Under the pieces are notes generated by a model, which had not been told where the DNA came from, did not search any database, and saw only the letters and a program-made list of their open reading frames with translations. The position numbers were made by a program, and so were the translations under genes. Positions 1 through 14,031 of a stretch of 64,000 nucleotides of DNA are shown piece by piece; the first letter of the stretch is position 1; each line of letters opens with the position of its first letter. The stretch is from Blepharisma stoltei ATCC 30299 (Eukaryota > Protista > Ciliophora). The DNA is taken from contig CBFDEM010000054.1 of assembly GCA_965603825.1 (NCBI GenBank), positions 1 to 64,000 on the forward strand, given 5' to 3'.

Positions 1-3000
1 AACACCCTAACACCCTAACACCCTAACCCCTAACACCCTAACACCTCTAACACCCTAACACCCTAACACCCTAACACCCTAACACCCTAACACCCTAACA
101 CCCTAACACCCTAACACCCTAACACCCTAACACCCTAACACCCTAACACCCTAACACCCTAACACCCTAACACCCTAACACCCTAACACCCTAACACCCT
201 AACACCCTAACACCCTAACACCCTAACACCCTAACACCCTAACACCCTAACACCCTAACACCCTAACACCCTAACACCCTAACACCCTAACACCCTAACA
301 CCCTAACACCCTAACACCCTAACACCCTAACACCCTAACACCCTAACACCCTAACACCCTAACACCCTAACACCCTAACACCCTAACACCCTAACACCCT
401 AACACCCTAACACCCTAACACCCTAACACCCTAACACCCTAACACCCTAACACCCTAACACCCTAACACCCTAACACCCTAACACCCTAACACCCTAACA
501 CCCTAACACCCTAACACCCTAACACCCTAACACCCTAACACCCTAACACCCTAACACCCTAACACCCTAACACCCTAACACCCTAACACCCTAACACCCT
601 AACACCCTAACACCCTAACACCCTAACACCCTAACACCCTAACACCCTAACACCCTAACACCCTAACACCCTAACACCCTAACACCCTAACACCCTAACA
701 CCCTAACACCCTAACACCCTAACACCCTAACACCCTAACACCCTAACACCCTAACACCCTAACACCCTAACACCCTAACACCCTAACACCCTAACACCCT
801 AACACCCTAACACCCTAACACCCTAACACCCTAACACCCTAACACCCTAACACCCTAACACCCTAACACCCTAACACCCTAACACCCTAACACCCTAACA
901 CCCTAACACCCTAACACCCTAACACCCTAACACCCTAACACCCTAACACCCTAACACCCTAACACCCTAACACCCTAACACCCTAACACCCTAACACCCT
1001 AACACCCTAACACCCTAACACCCTAACACCCTAACACCCTAACACCCTAACACCCTAACACCCTAACACCCTAACACCCTAACACCCTAACACCCTAACA
1101 CCCTAACACCCTAACACCCTAACACCCTAACACCCTAACACCCTAACACCCTAACACCCTAACACCCTAACACCCTAACACCCTAACACCCTAACACCCT
1201 AACACCCTAACACCCTAACACCCTAACACCCTAACACCCTAACACCCTAACACCCTAACACCCTAACACCCTAACACCCTAACACCCTAACACCCTAACA
1301 CCCTAACACCCTAACACCCTAACACCCTAACACCCTAACACCCTAACACCCTAACACCCTAACACCCTAACACCCTAACACCCTAACACCCTAACACCCT
1401 AACACCCTAACACCCTAACACCCTAACACCCTAACACCCTAACACCCTAACACCCTAACACCCTAACACCCTAACACCCTAACACCCTAACACCCTAACA
1501 CCCTAACACCCTAACACCCTAACACCCTAACACCCTAACACCCTAACACCCTAACACCCTAACACCCTAACACCCTAACACCCTAACACCCTAACACCCT
1601 AACACCCTAACACCCTAACACCCTAACACCCTAACACCCTAACACCCTAACACCCTAACACCCTAACACCCTAACACCCTAACACCCTAACACCCTAACA
1701 CCCTAACACCCTAACACCCTAACACCCTAACACCCTAACACCCTAACACCCTAACACCCTAACACCCTAACACCCTAACACCCTAACACCCTAACACCCT
1801 AACACCCTAACACCCTAACACCCTAACACCCTAACACCCTAACACCCTAACACCCTAACACCCTAACACCCTAACACCCTAACACCCTAACACCCTAACA
1901 CCCTAACACCCTAACACCCTAACACCCTAACACCCTAACACCCTAACACCCTAACACCCTAACACCCTAACACCCTAACACCCTAACACCCTAACACCCT
2001 AACACCCTAACACCCTAACACCCTAACACCCTAACACCCTAACACCCTAACACCCTAACACCCTAACACCCTAACACCCTAACACCCTAACACCCTAACA
2101 CCCTAACACCCTAACACCCTAACACCCTAACACCCTAACACCCTAACACCCTAACACCCTAACACCCTAACACCCTAACACCCTAACACCCTAACACCCT
2201 AACACCCTAACACCCTAACACCCTAACACCCTAACACCCTAACACCCTAACACCCTAACACCCTAACACCCTAACACCCTAACACCCTAACACCCTAACA
2301 CCCTAACACCCTAACACCCTAACACCCTAACACCCTAACACCCTAACACCCTAACACCCTAACACCCTAACACCCTAACACCCTAACACCCTAACACCCT
2401 AACACCCTAACACCCTAACACCCTAACACCCTAACACCCTAACACCCTAACACCCTAACACCCTAACACCCTAACACCCTAACACCCTAACACCCTAACA
2501 CCCTAACACCCTAACACCCTAACACCCTAACACCCTAACACCCTAACACCCTAACACCCTAACACCCTAACACCCTAACACCCTAACACCCTAACACCCT
2601 AACACCCTAACACCCTAACACCCTAACACCCTAACACCCTAACACCCTAACACCCTAACACCCTAACACCCTAACACCCTAACACCCTAACACCCTAACA
2701 CCCTAACACCCTAACACCCTAACACCCTAACACCCTAACACCCTAACACCCTAACACCCTAACACCCTAACACCCCTAACACCCTAACACCCTAACACCC
2801 TAACACCCTAACACCCTAACACCCTAACACCCTAACACCCTAACACCCTAACACCCTAACACCCTAACACCCTAACACCCTAACACCCTAACACCCTAAC
2901 ACCCTAACACCCTAACACCCTAACACCCTAACACCCTAACACCCTAACACCCTAACACCCTAACACCCTAACACCCTAACACCCTAACACCCTAACACCC

Positions 3001-3107
3001 TAACACCCTAACACCCTAACACCCTAACACCCTAACACCCTAACACCCTAACACCCTAACACCCTAAACACCCTAACACCCTAACACCCTAACACCCTAA
3101 CACCCTA
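1..3107 (+). repeat. Telomeric repeat (CCCTAACA)n; chromosome end
   Basis: Near-perfect 8-mer tandem array with isolated variants near 25, 43, 2772 and 3066. CCCTAACA is the heterotrich (Stentor/Blepharisma) telomere unit. Confidence 0.98.
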
Positions 3108-3798
3108 TCCAAGCTATCTTCATCTTATGCTCTACCAGATCCAGTATTTTCTGTTTTCATATATCTTGCATGCATTCATTTACAAATAAAACTGTTGAGA
3201 CCATATGTGCTTCTTCGATGACCGCTTTTTTCGAAATTAGCAAGATTTTCAGTCTCCTTTCAGTAATTCTCCCTAATTTCCTAAATTCGTTGGTCTTTCA
3301 AGCTTTAACCTTTCTATAATAACTGATCTACTTGATTCTTTCTAAAGTTACACTGATGATCGAAATATTTATTGACAGAGAAAAATCACATGCTCATGAA
3401 CTGCTAATATTGCATAGTGCTTGTAGCTCACCAAGTTTTTTGTGACTATATAATGCTGTTGGCGTATAATATTCTACTATCTCATCTAGTATAAAATTAA
3501 AGCACAACTATGAGGAGTTACCACCCTATCTAACTCTTTTTTGATATCAATTACTCTGACAGACTCGCTTATAACTATTTGGCTTCTTCCTTCTAGTATA
3601 TCGCCTGCAACATATTGATGCTATCATCACTTATTTCTCTGTTAACCTAATGCCTTGCTTATGTCATGAAAATGGATAAAACTTAAATATATTGTTAAAA
3701 ATGCATTAAGATATCGAGAAATGAGCAAGTTTGAAGATTTTAATAGCTCATTAAATAAATTGCATATGTTTTAATTTGCTAATGAGATACCATACTTA

Positions 3799-6700
3799 TT
3801 ATTTTATAACGGCCATTAAGTTATTAAGCTTATCAATCATTTTAACCTCACTTTTGAGGTAAGGAAAATAGTATCCGAAATATAAAGACAATAAAGCTAA
3901 TGAATAAGCCAAAGTGACAAATGCGAAAATATTGAGCTCATTATAAATATGGTTTTCGGAGTCATTATTAGCCATATGATACTCATGTTCTATTATAGCT
4001 TGAAGAGCTGTGTAGTTTTTAATGAAATTATATCTCACAACAATATTAGCTGCAGAAGTTGGATTTCCGATGTAGTCTGCTTCTAATAGAAGATAATTAG
4101 TAGCATAGAAGCTTCCATATTTCATGAAGTTGTTGACTGGTGAGCTTTGCAATCCAAAGACGCTCGATTTTAGATCATCTGACATGAGATTCAAATAATT
4201 TTTTTTCCTTATATCTTTTAATGTAGATTTAAGGAAAGATACTGTGTTTGCATAGCTGATATTTGGATTGTGCAGAGCGTCCGAGTCAGGATAATGTAAT
4301 AAAAATCTAGGATCATTTTTATCTCTAGTAAAATACCCTAATCGAGAGAGTGTAGATTTTTTATAAACGAAATGGTTCAATACTAGCGGCCTATATTTCA
4401 TATTAATTTCTACTTTTGGGTAAAGGAAAAATATCGAAAGAAAGTAAAATGAAGATGCTATGACTAAAAAAAATGAAATTTTTAGCATATATCTTTGGAA
4501 AATTTTTGATTTGATTGAAATCTTTGTTTTTAATCGTGCTTTCTTTTTAAAAGTTTTGGAAGTCAAGGTTTTATGCACTTCCTCAAGCCTTTTTATTATG
4601 GAATCTGTAAGATCGTGATAAGATGATGATGTCTTTTTTCTGATAAAGCGTCATGCTTCATCATATCTTTTTTCAATGCAAGCTATGAAATATATTAGAG
4701 TTAAAGTACAACTCACAATGCTAAAATATCCGATGCCCATAACTGCATAAATTGTTTGGCTCATTTGATTAATTCTATCTGTTTCACAATTTACTAAGCT
4801 CTCAAGTGCTCTTAAGACATAGTTGTATGTAAAGGTCAGACAATTTATGACTAGAAATTTAAAGTCAGGGATATAGTCGCCTTTAGATTTGGCAATCAAT
4901 ATGAGGCTTTGACCCTAAATAATTTTTACATGATTGATAATTTTCTGGACAATATCATAAAGTGAATGTTTTGTTAGTGCAGGTTCTGGTTCAAATGCTC
5001 AAAGCGGAATTATCTGTTCCTTTACTATTTCTGAGCTTTCGCAGTAACTTCATTGATCATAGTCAGCTAAAATTGTTCCTTTAAGATAGTTCATATCTTC
5101 AACTCCTTCCATCAGCAATCCTAGATCTCAAGTTAGGTTATATCTACCTTGTCCGAGCGCTGCATCGATATCTCTTACAATTTCAGAAAAAGAGCTCAAA
5201 TGATACAGGATTTGGCCCAAATGATTAAAGGTCTGGAGAGAAACTTCATGAGAAACATTATTGTAGACAACTCATAAAGCCAGCCAATTTGTAGTTATTA
5301 TAAAAATGATCTAAATTACTTTTACTGAAACGAATAGGACTCATTGGAGAATTTTTACTGCATTTTTTGATTTCCCAACAAACCTCTGAGAGATTTCTTT
5401 AAAAGATTTGCTTCTCGAGCTGGATGATAACGATAAACATTCATTTATTTCTTCTTGGCTAATTAGCATTTCTTCATACTCACAGCTTTTAAAATCTGTG
5501 TCACTCCTATCGTCTTTCTCTGAGTGATGTTTTAATTTCTTTTTAATTATGCTGTCTTGTCTATTAAAACAAAGATTTTCACTTCTTGGCTTAATATATC
5601 CTACTTCAGAATCCTCATAATTGATCTCAAAAATATATTCAGGCAAGGATAAATAATCAAGCTTGTATAATATACCAAGCATCTCTTTACCGTTAAACAT
5701 GAAGCGATTAGCTCTTTCTTCTTGAAAATCAGAAAAATTATGAATGTATTCACTTATATGAGAACCTCTTTGAATAGATTCACCATGAATTTGAAAAATC
5801 AAGGGGATTTTACTGGAAAATTCCAAAATAATATGGCTTGAAGAGAGCAGAAAAACTTCTGATTTGCATGTCTGTGGCTCTAGGTTAATTAAAAAATAAA
5901 CATCATCGTTTAGCACTGTCAAATACCCATTCATTTTGCATTCCACCAAATAATCATTATTATTTTTTATATAAAATCTATTTAGAGTTGGAAGGGACGA
6001 TGTCGTTGAGAATTTCATATAATTTTGCATAGATAACTTTCAAGCATAAACTCAAGAGTTAGGTAAAATTGACAGAAAATTTCTGTTTTTATAACTTCTC
6101 TCAGTAACTTCTAAAATATTGTCCATTTTCTGATTCATAAAAATAACCGTCCCAAATCTTTCAGAGTTGCCCAAAAATATTAATCTTCCTTTGGAGTTTT
6201 CAATGATGCTAATTTCTTTTCTTCGTATTAAGTTAATATTTTTATTTCTAATTCTCGATGCTAAATCAATATTTCCAAGAATGCTGCCTACAAAAGATGA
6301 TAAACATTCATATATTTCTGGGTCATTATACTTTTCTGCCATTGAAGAATAGAGTCCTGAAACAGTATTGAAGGAGTCTGATAAATTAATAACTAAGCTC
6401 ATCAGTTTATTTGCTTCAAATGAATTAGAGACTACCTTCTTCAGCATTTCTATTAGTATCTGGCATAGCTCTTTATCTTTTCGTTTTAAGTTTCTCATTT
6501 CAATTAAGTAAGAAATTTGCGTTACATCATGGAAATTTCTATGGCTGATTTTTCTTTTTATTTTTCGCTCTTGAATAAGACCTTCTAATGTCCTGCGAGT
6601 ACTCTTAAGCTGAAGCAGCTTAATTTTTGCCAATTTAATGTCTTTTATAGTTTTTAAGCAAAAATTAGCTTCTCATATAACTAGCAGATCAGTTTTAAAA

Positions 6701-7875
6701 TTTGAAATATCAAAAAGAAACATAGAGAATTTGTTGATTATCTCTTCATAGTCAAAGTCCAGCTTTTCTCTCGTTAACCATTTTCTAAGGCTTAGCTCAA
6801 AATAAGTCTGAGATTTTTTTAGAGAAAAGTTTTCATTTCACAAGTAATTTGCCCTCTGCTTTAATTTATGGCTTGCAAGAAAAATTGCAATTGGCTGAAA
6901 AATGACAAAAGATACAACTGTAATTCCTGTTTCATCAATTAGAGTCGCGAGCAAGAAAGAAAACGATGTTGATAGTATGCTAGCCAAAACACCTCCACAG
7001 ACTATACTTTGTAAAATATTATAATAAGGCATGATTGATAGTAAGATAAAGTACAATAAAATGCTTAAAAGGATTTGTAGTACATAAAAATACAATAGAT
7101 TCTTCCTTAAAAAAATATTTAAAATGCAAAATGATGCATAGGTTATTTTTAAATAAATGTCAAAGTTTGAGTATGATCTTGCTTTGATGTCTTTCTGCAT
7201 TTTTGAATGTCTTATTTCAGCTACAAATAACTCAGAAAATATTGCTAGAAGCACTAAACCTATTATTAATATTATACTCAGGCATTCTCCTATCATCCCA
7301 AAATTAGCTCAAATGGAACTAACGGATTGGCTTTGATATATAGTCATCTTTTCTAAGTGCCCTGAAGAATAAGTGAAAATTTTCAACAAAATTAATAATA
7401 AGGGTATAAAGGCAATAGTAGTTGCTGTTAATATTATTTTCCTTGTAACAACAATTATTATCATAGGAGTATACTGTCAAAACAATTTAACTATACTGAG
7501 AAGAGCAATGCTCAAAAATATATACAATAAAATTGATACGCTGATAAGTGAACAGATGTCAAAAATATCAAATTCATCACAAATATTATCAAAACTGGAG
7601 TACCCTAAAATTTTTCAAAATAGTTCATAGTCTTTTCAGTTAGAAGCATTTATTTTCTGATATCAACACAGTGAAATTCCTTGAAAAGCAATTATTCCGT
7701 TGATTATCAGTGACAAAAATATTTGCTTTCTTCTTTGCAAGCTTGAAATATAAGAAGAATTTAAAGAAGCTTCAAAAGTACAAAAAATGCTTTCTATAAT
7801 AGGTGAAATTGAAGGTCCGAGGTGTTCAGAAAGTTCCAAGCAGTCATCGCAATCAGGATATTCTTCCTGGAGCAT
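3799..7875 (-). CDS. Large multi-pass membrane protein with central PAS-like domain (TmcB/tiny-macrocysts-like ciliate family), ~1358 aa
   Basis: Six ORF-track fragments share one frame and are separated by TGA. There are N-terminal and C-terminal TM clusters, a PAS-like segment (LGNSERFGTVIFMNQKMDNILE...FYIKNNNDYLVECKM) and a Ser-rich linker. Ends in TAA. Confidence 0.7.
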
Positions 7876-8860
7876 TTTTAATTTTCCTTAATAAAAAATA
7901 CTCTTTATATGATAGAAAACCCAATGATGCAATTGCTATAACTTTATAATTTAAAGGCCTTCTATGCTTTTTTATCGTACATATAAAAACATCTCAAAAA
8001 TTATAATAAAAAATAAATATGTACTTAGAGCTGAATTAATTATCAGTATCAGAACATGAATAAAAAATTAAAATTTATATATAAAATTTTTTTAGATTGA
8101 ACTATTCTAAATTGTTGATAGATCTGTAAATCTGAAAATCAGCAGAAATTGAAATCTGGTTGTATTCATCATTAATATTAACTTTATCAATTCTCTTATA
8201 TTGTAAATTTTAATGCTAATCAATAATGATTTTAAAATATCAATTAAATAAAATACTTCCGAATGAAAAATAGAGCAAATACAAATTTTTGGGCTAATAA
8301 TTTGAAGGCAAATTACCTATTTCATTTGCTTTATTTTCCAAGCATATATTGATTTAACAAATAGAAAAGTTTCTCCTAGAGGAGCCTCAAAGATTTGCTA
8401 GTTCTAAATTTAATAAGTACTAATACTTTCACATATTTAATTAACCAAATAAAGGATCGACTTTCTTAGAGCTGCTTAATAAAATTAGGATTAATTTCTC
8501 CTCTATTAGGCTCTTTCTAAGATATTATTAGATTAATCTTCCTCAAGATAATCAAATAATCTTTAAGTCCCTGAATTTGCATTTTTATTTGCTGCTCTTT
8601 TCGATTTTTGCTATAACAAGCAGTTAATTATTTCCAGAAAAATTTAGTAAAAATATGAGGCAAAAGGACATTAGCAAATGTATTATCCTAACAACATCTG
8701 ATATTCTTTTATGGTTTATCATTTGAGGATTAAAGATTAATTTCCGATTTTAATAATGTCTGTTGTTAAAAAACTCTCAAAACTGACAAAATTATTTATA
8801 ACGCATTGATCAAAAGATCAAATCATCCTGCTCAAAGTTTTGAAGTATAGCAGCATATCA

Positions 8861-9088
8861 CTATTTATTCTTGGAGGTGGGTAAGGTCCCAGAATATTCA
8901 GTTGAAGGCACAGTTACTTGTTTGGCAAATGTGCCCAAATGTTTTGCTTCTTCAAATTTATTAGGATTCATCCCAACATGAACAGTTGCTTTTCTAGTAG
9001 GGGGTCTTTGCAGTACTCCTTGATCAGCTCTGCTTTCTTTATCTCCTCTGAATATTTTCACTTTCCCAAGAGAAGGGTTGCAACCCAT
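8861..9088 (-). CDS. Small 75-aa protein with N-terminal MGC acylation motif
   Basis: MGCNPSLGKV...; a GC-richer island within AT-rich intergenic DNA; TAG stop. Confidence 0.55.
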   Translation of the reverse strand: MGCNPSLGKVKIFRGDKESRADQGVLQRPPTRKATVHVGMNPNKFEEAKHLGTFAKQVTVPSTEYSGTLPTSKNK

Positions 9089-9859
9089 AATCAATCTTTA
9101 TTTCCTTATGCATTTCTAATAATCGGTTATTTTATTAAATTTTTTGATTATGCGATAATAGACTATAAGTTTCTGCTGACGATAAATTCTATATGAGGAT
9201 TTATGTCTAGATGGGAACGGGAAGAATAGGAATTTTATTGATATAATTTATCATTTTTATTAATCATCCTCAAATATTAATCTAGCATTTCGGATTACTT
9301 GGCCTATCTTCTTGGATAATCGCTGCAATAATTTCAATTATTCATTTAGAATGTATTAACGCGTGAGAAAAACCAAGCAATTGCTAATCAATTGGTGAAA
9401 AAGCTAAGAAAAACAATTATAAGCTAAAATATTTAAATAGGCATTAATCATCAAGGAAATTAGCTAGCTTTCACCAATTGATTTTTTAGTTCTCTGTATT
9501 TTATACCCTTTATATATTTGGGCGAAATACTTAGCCAAATAATAATTTAAGCACATCTTTTAAAGACTAAATATATCCTTTCAGTTCAAAACTTTTCTTT
9601 CCTTCAAAAATTGATGCTATCTCTCTACACCAACTTATTTTGAGTTATAGCTTAGATGCAAAAGGTGTCTTCTCCAGCTAATTTGAACAATATATAAACA
9701 GATTTCTGGGATTTCTTATAAGTGATGCATTATTTATTTTCAATTTAATATTTATTCATTAAATAATAAAACTCGTACAAATCTTCTTAAATTGCTATAG
9801 AAATAATTTATTTGCATTTACTTGCCATATCTGAACTCAAAGGTGATGTCGAAATAATT

Positions 9860-11326
9860 ATGGCTTGCTGCTCAATTATTTTTCTATCAGTAATTGCACT
9901 ATGCTCTGCTGCAGAACCAGCAGTGCGAGTCTCTGTTGCACAATCCGCATTACAGAATCTGAAAAATGAGTTTATTTCCTACGTTGTCAGTAAAGCTCAG
10001 ACTGAAAAAATTCCTGATGTAAACATTACAAGCACCTTGTCAACATATATCTTCACTAATATTACACTTTCTCAGCTTGAGTTATCCAGTAATAACACAA
10101 ATATCATATTTAATCCATCAAAATCCACAATCAGTCTAAGTGTAACAAACTTTACATTTGCCTTATCCATGAATGTTCAGTTCAGATTTCCATTTGCAGT
10201 AACCGGAACGATGGATATCACCTTTACTAACGGCTCATTTGTTCTCCCGATTTCAATTGGTGACTCAAATGGTAAAATTAACTTCCAAGTTGGAGAAATC
10301 GATGAGGATGAGCTGGCATCTTTGAAAGTATCAATTAGCACAAATAACAGAATATTCAGATTAATACAGTTCTTTGAGGGATTTTGGCCATTTAACAAGC
10401 TTGCAGGGCATTCTATTAAAAAATATGCTTCCACTCTAGGAGAATCGTTGAATCCTGGAATTGAGAAGATTTTAAGCAAACTGAGCTACACTTATGCTGT
10501 TACCAATTATACCACTGTTGACTATCACTTTCTAGATTTCGCAATAGCTGACGAGCAACATATTAAAGGCGATATCAATGGAACTTTTTACCTCACAAGC
10601 CAGCCCAAAGTTGCCCCACAAGTTACTCAAGCTGCCCAGCCTCCAGCTTGGGCTTCAGATGAAGGGGTAAGAATCCAATTCACTGAATACTTCCTGAATA
10701 CCTATTTTTGGAGCATACAGACTGCTGGGCTTCTTAATTATTATCTTATAGGCTCTCAAGCTCAAAACTTTCCATTGAAAATGACAACGACTGGCCTAGT
10801 ACCTGTGGTTCCAAATTTAAGCAAAGCTTATGGCTCAAGCAAGCAAGTTGATGTCAGCTGTAACATTTATCAGGCTCCTGTTGCAGTGATTGGCCAAAAT
10901 GTAAATATCACAGCCAACCTATATTGCGATTTTATTGTCCATGTGAACTCTACAACTACTGCCAAAGCGTTCAGAACTCAAATGACGTTGTCTAATTTAT
11001 TGAGTGCCTATTTGGAAAATACTGATTCTGGCGTCTTTTTATATGGAGAATTCGATGAGCTTGCAATTCAGTTCTCAAATTTCCAGATTTTGAACAGCAA
11101 TGTCGGAACTATTAGTTCTACCAAAGTAGCTGCTGCTTTTAGCTATAGCGCTTATTCCATTGTTATGAAAATCAACTCTTATTTAATGGAGCAAGGAGTT
11201 AAACTCCCATTGCCTGATGGAGTTATGCTTACAGATGAAGTCTTCATCACTAGTCCTGGCGCCGTGGAGCTTGGGGCTACTCCAGACTTCTCCAATCTGA
11301 TGAAAGCAATTTCAGAAAATAAGTAA
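9860..11326 (+). CDS. BPI/LBP (TULIP) family secreted lipid-binding protein, 488 aa
   Basis: Signal peptide, then AVRVSVAQSALQNL...IPDV at the N-terminus, FTEYFLNT in the middle and GVKLPLPDGVML near the C-terminus; typical family length. Confidence 0.8.
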   Translation: MACCSIIFLSVIALCSAAEPAVRVSVAQSALQNLKNEFISYVVSKAQTEKIPDVNITSTLSTYIFTNITLSQLELSSNNTNIIFNPSKSTISLSVTNFTFALSMNVQFRFPFAVTGTMDITFTNGSFVLPISIGDSNGKINFQVGEIDEDELASLKVSISTNNRIFRLIQFFEGFWPFNKLAGHSIKKYASTLGESLNPGIEKILSKLSYTYAVTNYTTVDYHFLDFAIADEQHIKGDINGTFYLTSQPKVAPQVTQAAQPPAWASDEGVRIQFTEYFLNTYFWSIQTAGLLNYYLIGSQAQNFPLKMTTTGLVPVVPNLSKAYGSSKQVDVSCNIYQAPVAVIGQNVNITANLYCDFIVHVNSTTTAKAFRTQMTLSNLLSAYLENTDSGVFLYGEFDELAIQFSNFQILNSNVGTISSTKVAAAFSYSAYSIVMKINSYLMEQGVKLPLPDGVMLTDEVFITSPGAVELGATPDFSNLMKAISENK

Positions 11327-11470
11327 TCTTATTAAATGATGGAGTTTTAAGTAAGCAAAATTCAATAGAACTTTATTATATTCTTTAGTATCTGTTTAAT
11401 GAAAAATCCAATGATGATTTGGTATATAAATTGCTTCTTAAGATATTAGCACAAATAATAAGCCTCGGGC

Positions 11471-12418
11471 TTATTCAAAAAAGCTCTCATCAAGAAATGG
11501 CAGCTTTGAGTTGTTTTGCCGCGCCTTTGTGTCTCGAAAAGTGCATGGATCTGTGTGCATGGGAGTTAGAATGCTTTGGCTTGCAGACATCATGCTAACT
11601 CCAGGCGTCATATACCTCGGTGTAAAGCCAACGACCCTGCTTCCTCGATTCACAGGTGTCATTGCGGGCCTCAGCGATGGAGTTCTAACTCTTTTCCCTT
11701 TAAGCTTGATCGACTTAGGAATCACAAGCACAGGAGGGACTGACATTGTTCTCTCAATTGTCTGCTCTACCTTTACCTGCTGCTCTTCAGGCTGGAAAAC
11801 CTGATCATGTATGTGCCATTCGTCCAGATGAATTACAAAGCAGAGCTTCTTCATTGCGTTGACTACCAGGATTGAGAGGACTAAGATAGAAAATACACAA
11901 GTGAGGATCAGCGCTATTATGTACCCTTGCTCCTCGCCTTGGGCTTCAAGTAAGTACTTTGAGCACAGCAAGAACAAAATCAAACAGAGCATGATAATAA
12001 CCGCAAATAGCAAAGGGACAAACAGGATTTGAGCGACTCCTTCTTTGCAAGCGTCCTTTGGGAGAAACCGCCACTTAATTTTGTAGTCCATTAAGAATTT
12101 TGTGCTGCAGAGCTCGCATTTCCCGTTTTCTATGTCCTCATCGAGGGATGCCAGTCAGGTTTTTAAGCACTCTTCGTGAACATATTTTACACTGCCTGCA
12201 CATTTGCAAGGTGATATCAGCTTGTTTTCTGGGGCTTCTGGCTCAAGACAGATCCTGCAAGTCCGTTCTTCGGGCTCATGCTTGGGTTTTTCAGAGATTT
12301 CGGATTCCGCTTTTTCAGTGTTCATAGGTACAATTGAATTTCCTTTGTGGTTGGGCTTGCTCCCTAAAGAGAAGCAATTTTCATTGTCTAAACTGTTTTC
12401 CCCTTCTCTAACATTCAT
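11471..12418 (-). CDS. MARCH-type RING-CH (RINGv) E3 ubiquitin ligase with 2 TM helices, 315 aa
   Basis: CRIC...PCKCAGSVKYVHEECLKT-W(TGA at 12155)...CELC, followed by two hydrophobic helices. Confidence 0.9.
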
Positions 12419-12615
12419 TAATCTTTTATTTTTTTTGAAATGGAGTATGCCAAACTTTGCATACTGAAAACCTATTAATTTATAGTGAATTTATAGCCAG
12501 CAGGATCCCTTATTCTTTTAAAAAAATACTTATTAATTGTTTAGCAATTAAGCTTTTGTTGGAGATGGGAAATACTAGAAAGATTGGACTTCGGCATGAA
12601 TATCATTATTATTAC

Positions 12616-13572
12616 TTAAGCTGCAACTTCTCCTTCTAGCAGATCCTCGTTTTCAAACTCTTCTTCCTTAACCTCTCTTGGGTTCTCAAGCTCTTGGATT
12701 AGGTTTTCTTCTTCAATTTCTATCACCTTCGGCTCGTCATACAGCTGAGATCTTAATGCTTCAATTTGATTAGCGGTGATCCGACCAGTCATCACTGCCT
12801 GAATTTGCGGCTCAGTTTGCTGCGCTAATATACTCATATAACCTGCAAAATTCCTGTCTGTTTTGCTGTATTTTTGTATAGCAGTTTGCATAAGAAGATT
12901 AGCAGACGAGCTTAATTCAGTAAGACCATACTTTTCAAACACCTTAAATGTCCCTGCTTCAATTTTTGGGCTCTGCCTTTGGAATTCCATTTGGAACTCA
13001 GGACTATTAGGGTTAGTTATTCCTTTAGATTTTATGTCCTCAATGATATCATACATGCTCACTAGAGTCGCGCTATTCATCTCAGAGAATATCTTTAATG
13101 TCAGCTCAGAAGTGAGGAAACTAGGCAGATCTTCATTTAGAGTGGGGGTGATACCAGCAAATGAGTCCTCGAGAGCTTTTTTGGCATCTTTCATAAGCTG
13201 ATCAATTTCGCTATCGCCAGCAAAGGTGACAGTGCAGGCTTTTTCAAATTCTTCCTTTGTAGTTGAGTTTTTCTGAAGGACCTTCTCTACAACTTTGGAG
13301 AGCTGCTCATTGATTGGTGTTTGGCTCATAATAATTTCTTTTATGTACTCGTCAGGAATTCTGCCGCCCATCTGCTCTCTGATGCTCATTACGAATCCTG
13401 AGATCTGCATATAGACATTCATAAGTTCAGTACGGAGCTCTTTGAGGATTCTGACTACATCGTCCCTTGTGAGGGCAATTGATCCTGATGTCCCGTCATC
13501 AGAATAACGATAAGCTAGGTATCCAAGACCTAAACACGCAACTAGACCTCCGATGATTACTTGAGTATCCAT
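12616..13572 (-). CDS. Uncharacterised helical protein with N-terminal membrane anchor, 318 aa
   Basis: Long ORF with coding-like GC content; MDTQVIIGGLVACLGLGYLAY signal-anchor; acidic C-terminal tail. Confidence 0.75.
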   Translation of the reverse strand: MDTQVIIGGLVACLGLGYLAYRYSDDGTSGSIALTRDDVVRILKELRTELMNVYMQISGFVMSIREQMGGRIPDEYIKEIIMSQTPINEQLSKVVEKVLQKNSTTKEEFEKACTVTFAGDSEIDQLMKDAKKALEDSFAGITPTLNEDLPSFLTSELTLKIFSEMNSATLVSMYDIIEDIKSKGITNPNSPEFQMEFQRQSPKIEAGTFKVFEKYGLTELSSSANLLMQTAIQKYSKTDRNFAGYMSILAQQTEPQIQAVMTGRITANQIEALRSQLYDEPKVIEIEEENLIQELENPREVKEEEFENEDLLEGEVAA

Positions 13573-14031
13573 TACCGCAGATTTTATTACTAATCTTAAT
13601 GAGGGATAAGAAGTCATGAAAATTCAGATTGTATTTTTTAGCTTTTTGAATAATTTTAAGCAACAAATAAAATTGGAAATTTTGAGTAAATTGCTTGTGC
13701 TTTTTTCTTCTCTGAATTAATGCTGCCAAAATTTTGTATATAAAAAAATTTATAAAATGTGCAAATCAAATGCTTTTTCATTTAGAAATAATTATGGCTA
13801 TTAGCTGATCAGAATTATGTGCTTTAGTGGATTTTTTAGAAAACAGTAGAAATATGCATTTTCACTAGCTTATTTATTACTTTCTGATTTATCTAATTTA
13901 TGATAGTAATTGAAGAAAAGGTTTTTCGGGTAAGTAAAAATTGCTTTATTGAGAATTTTCATTTGAATTTTATAAACAAATAAAAATAATTTTGCGTTTT
14001 TTCAACTTCTAAATTTTACAATTAAATTAAA

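Noticed and set aside
20-3070. Variant telomere units as a signal
   Set aside because: Isolated single-base indels, indistinguishable from long-read error or telomerase slippage.
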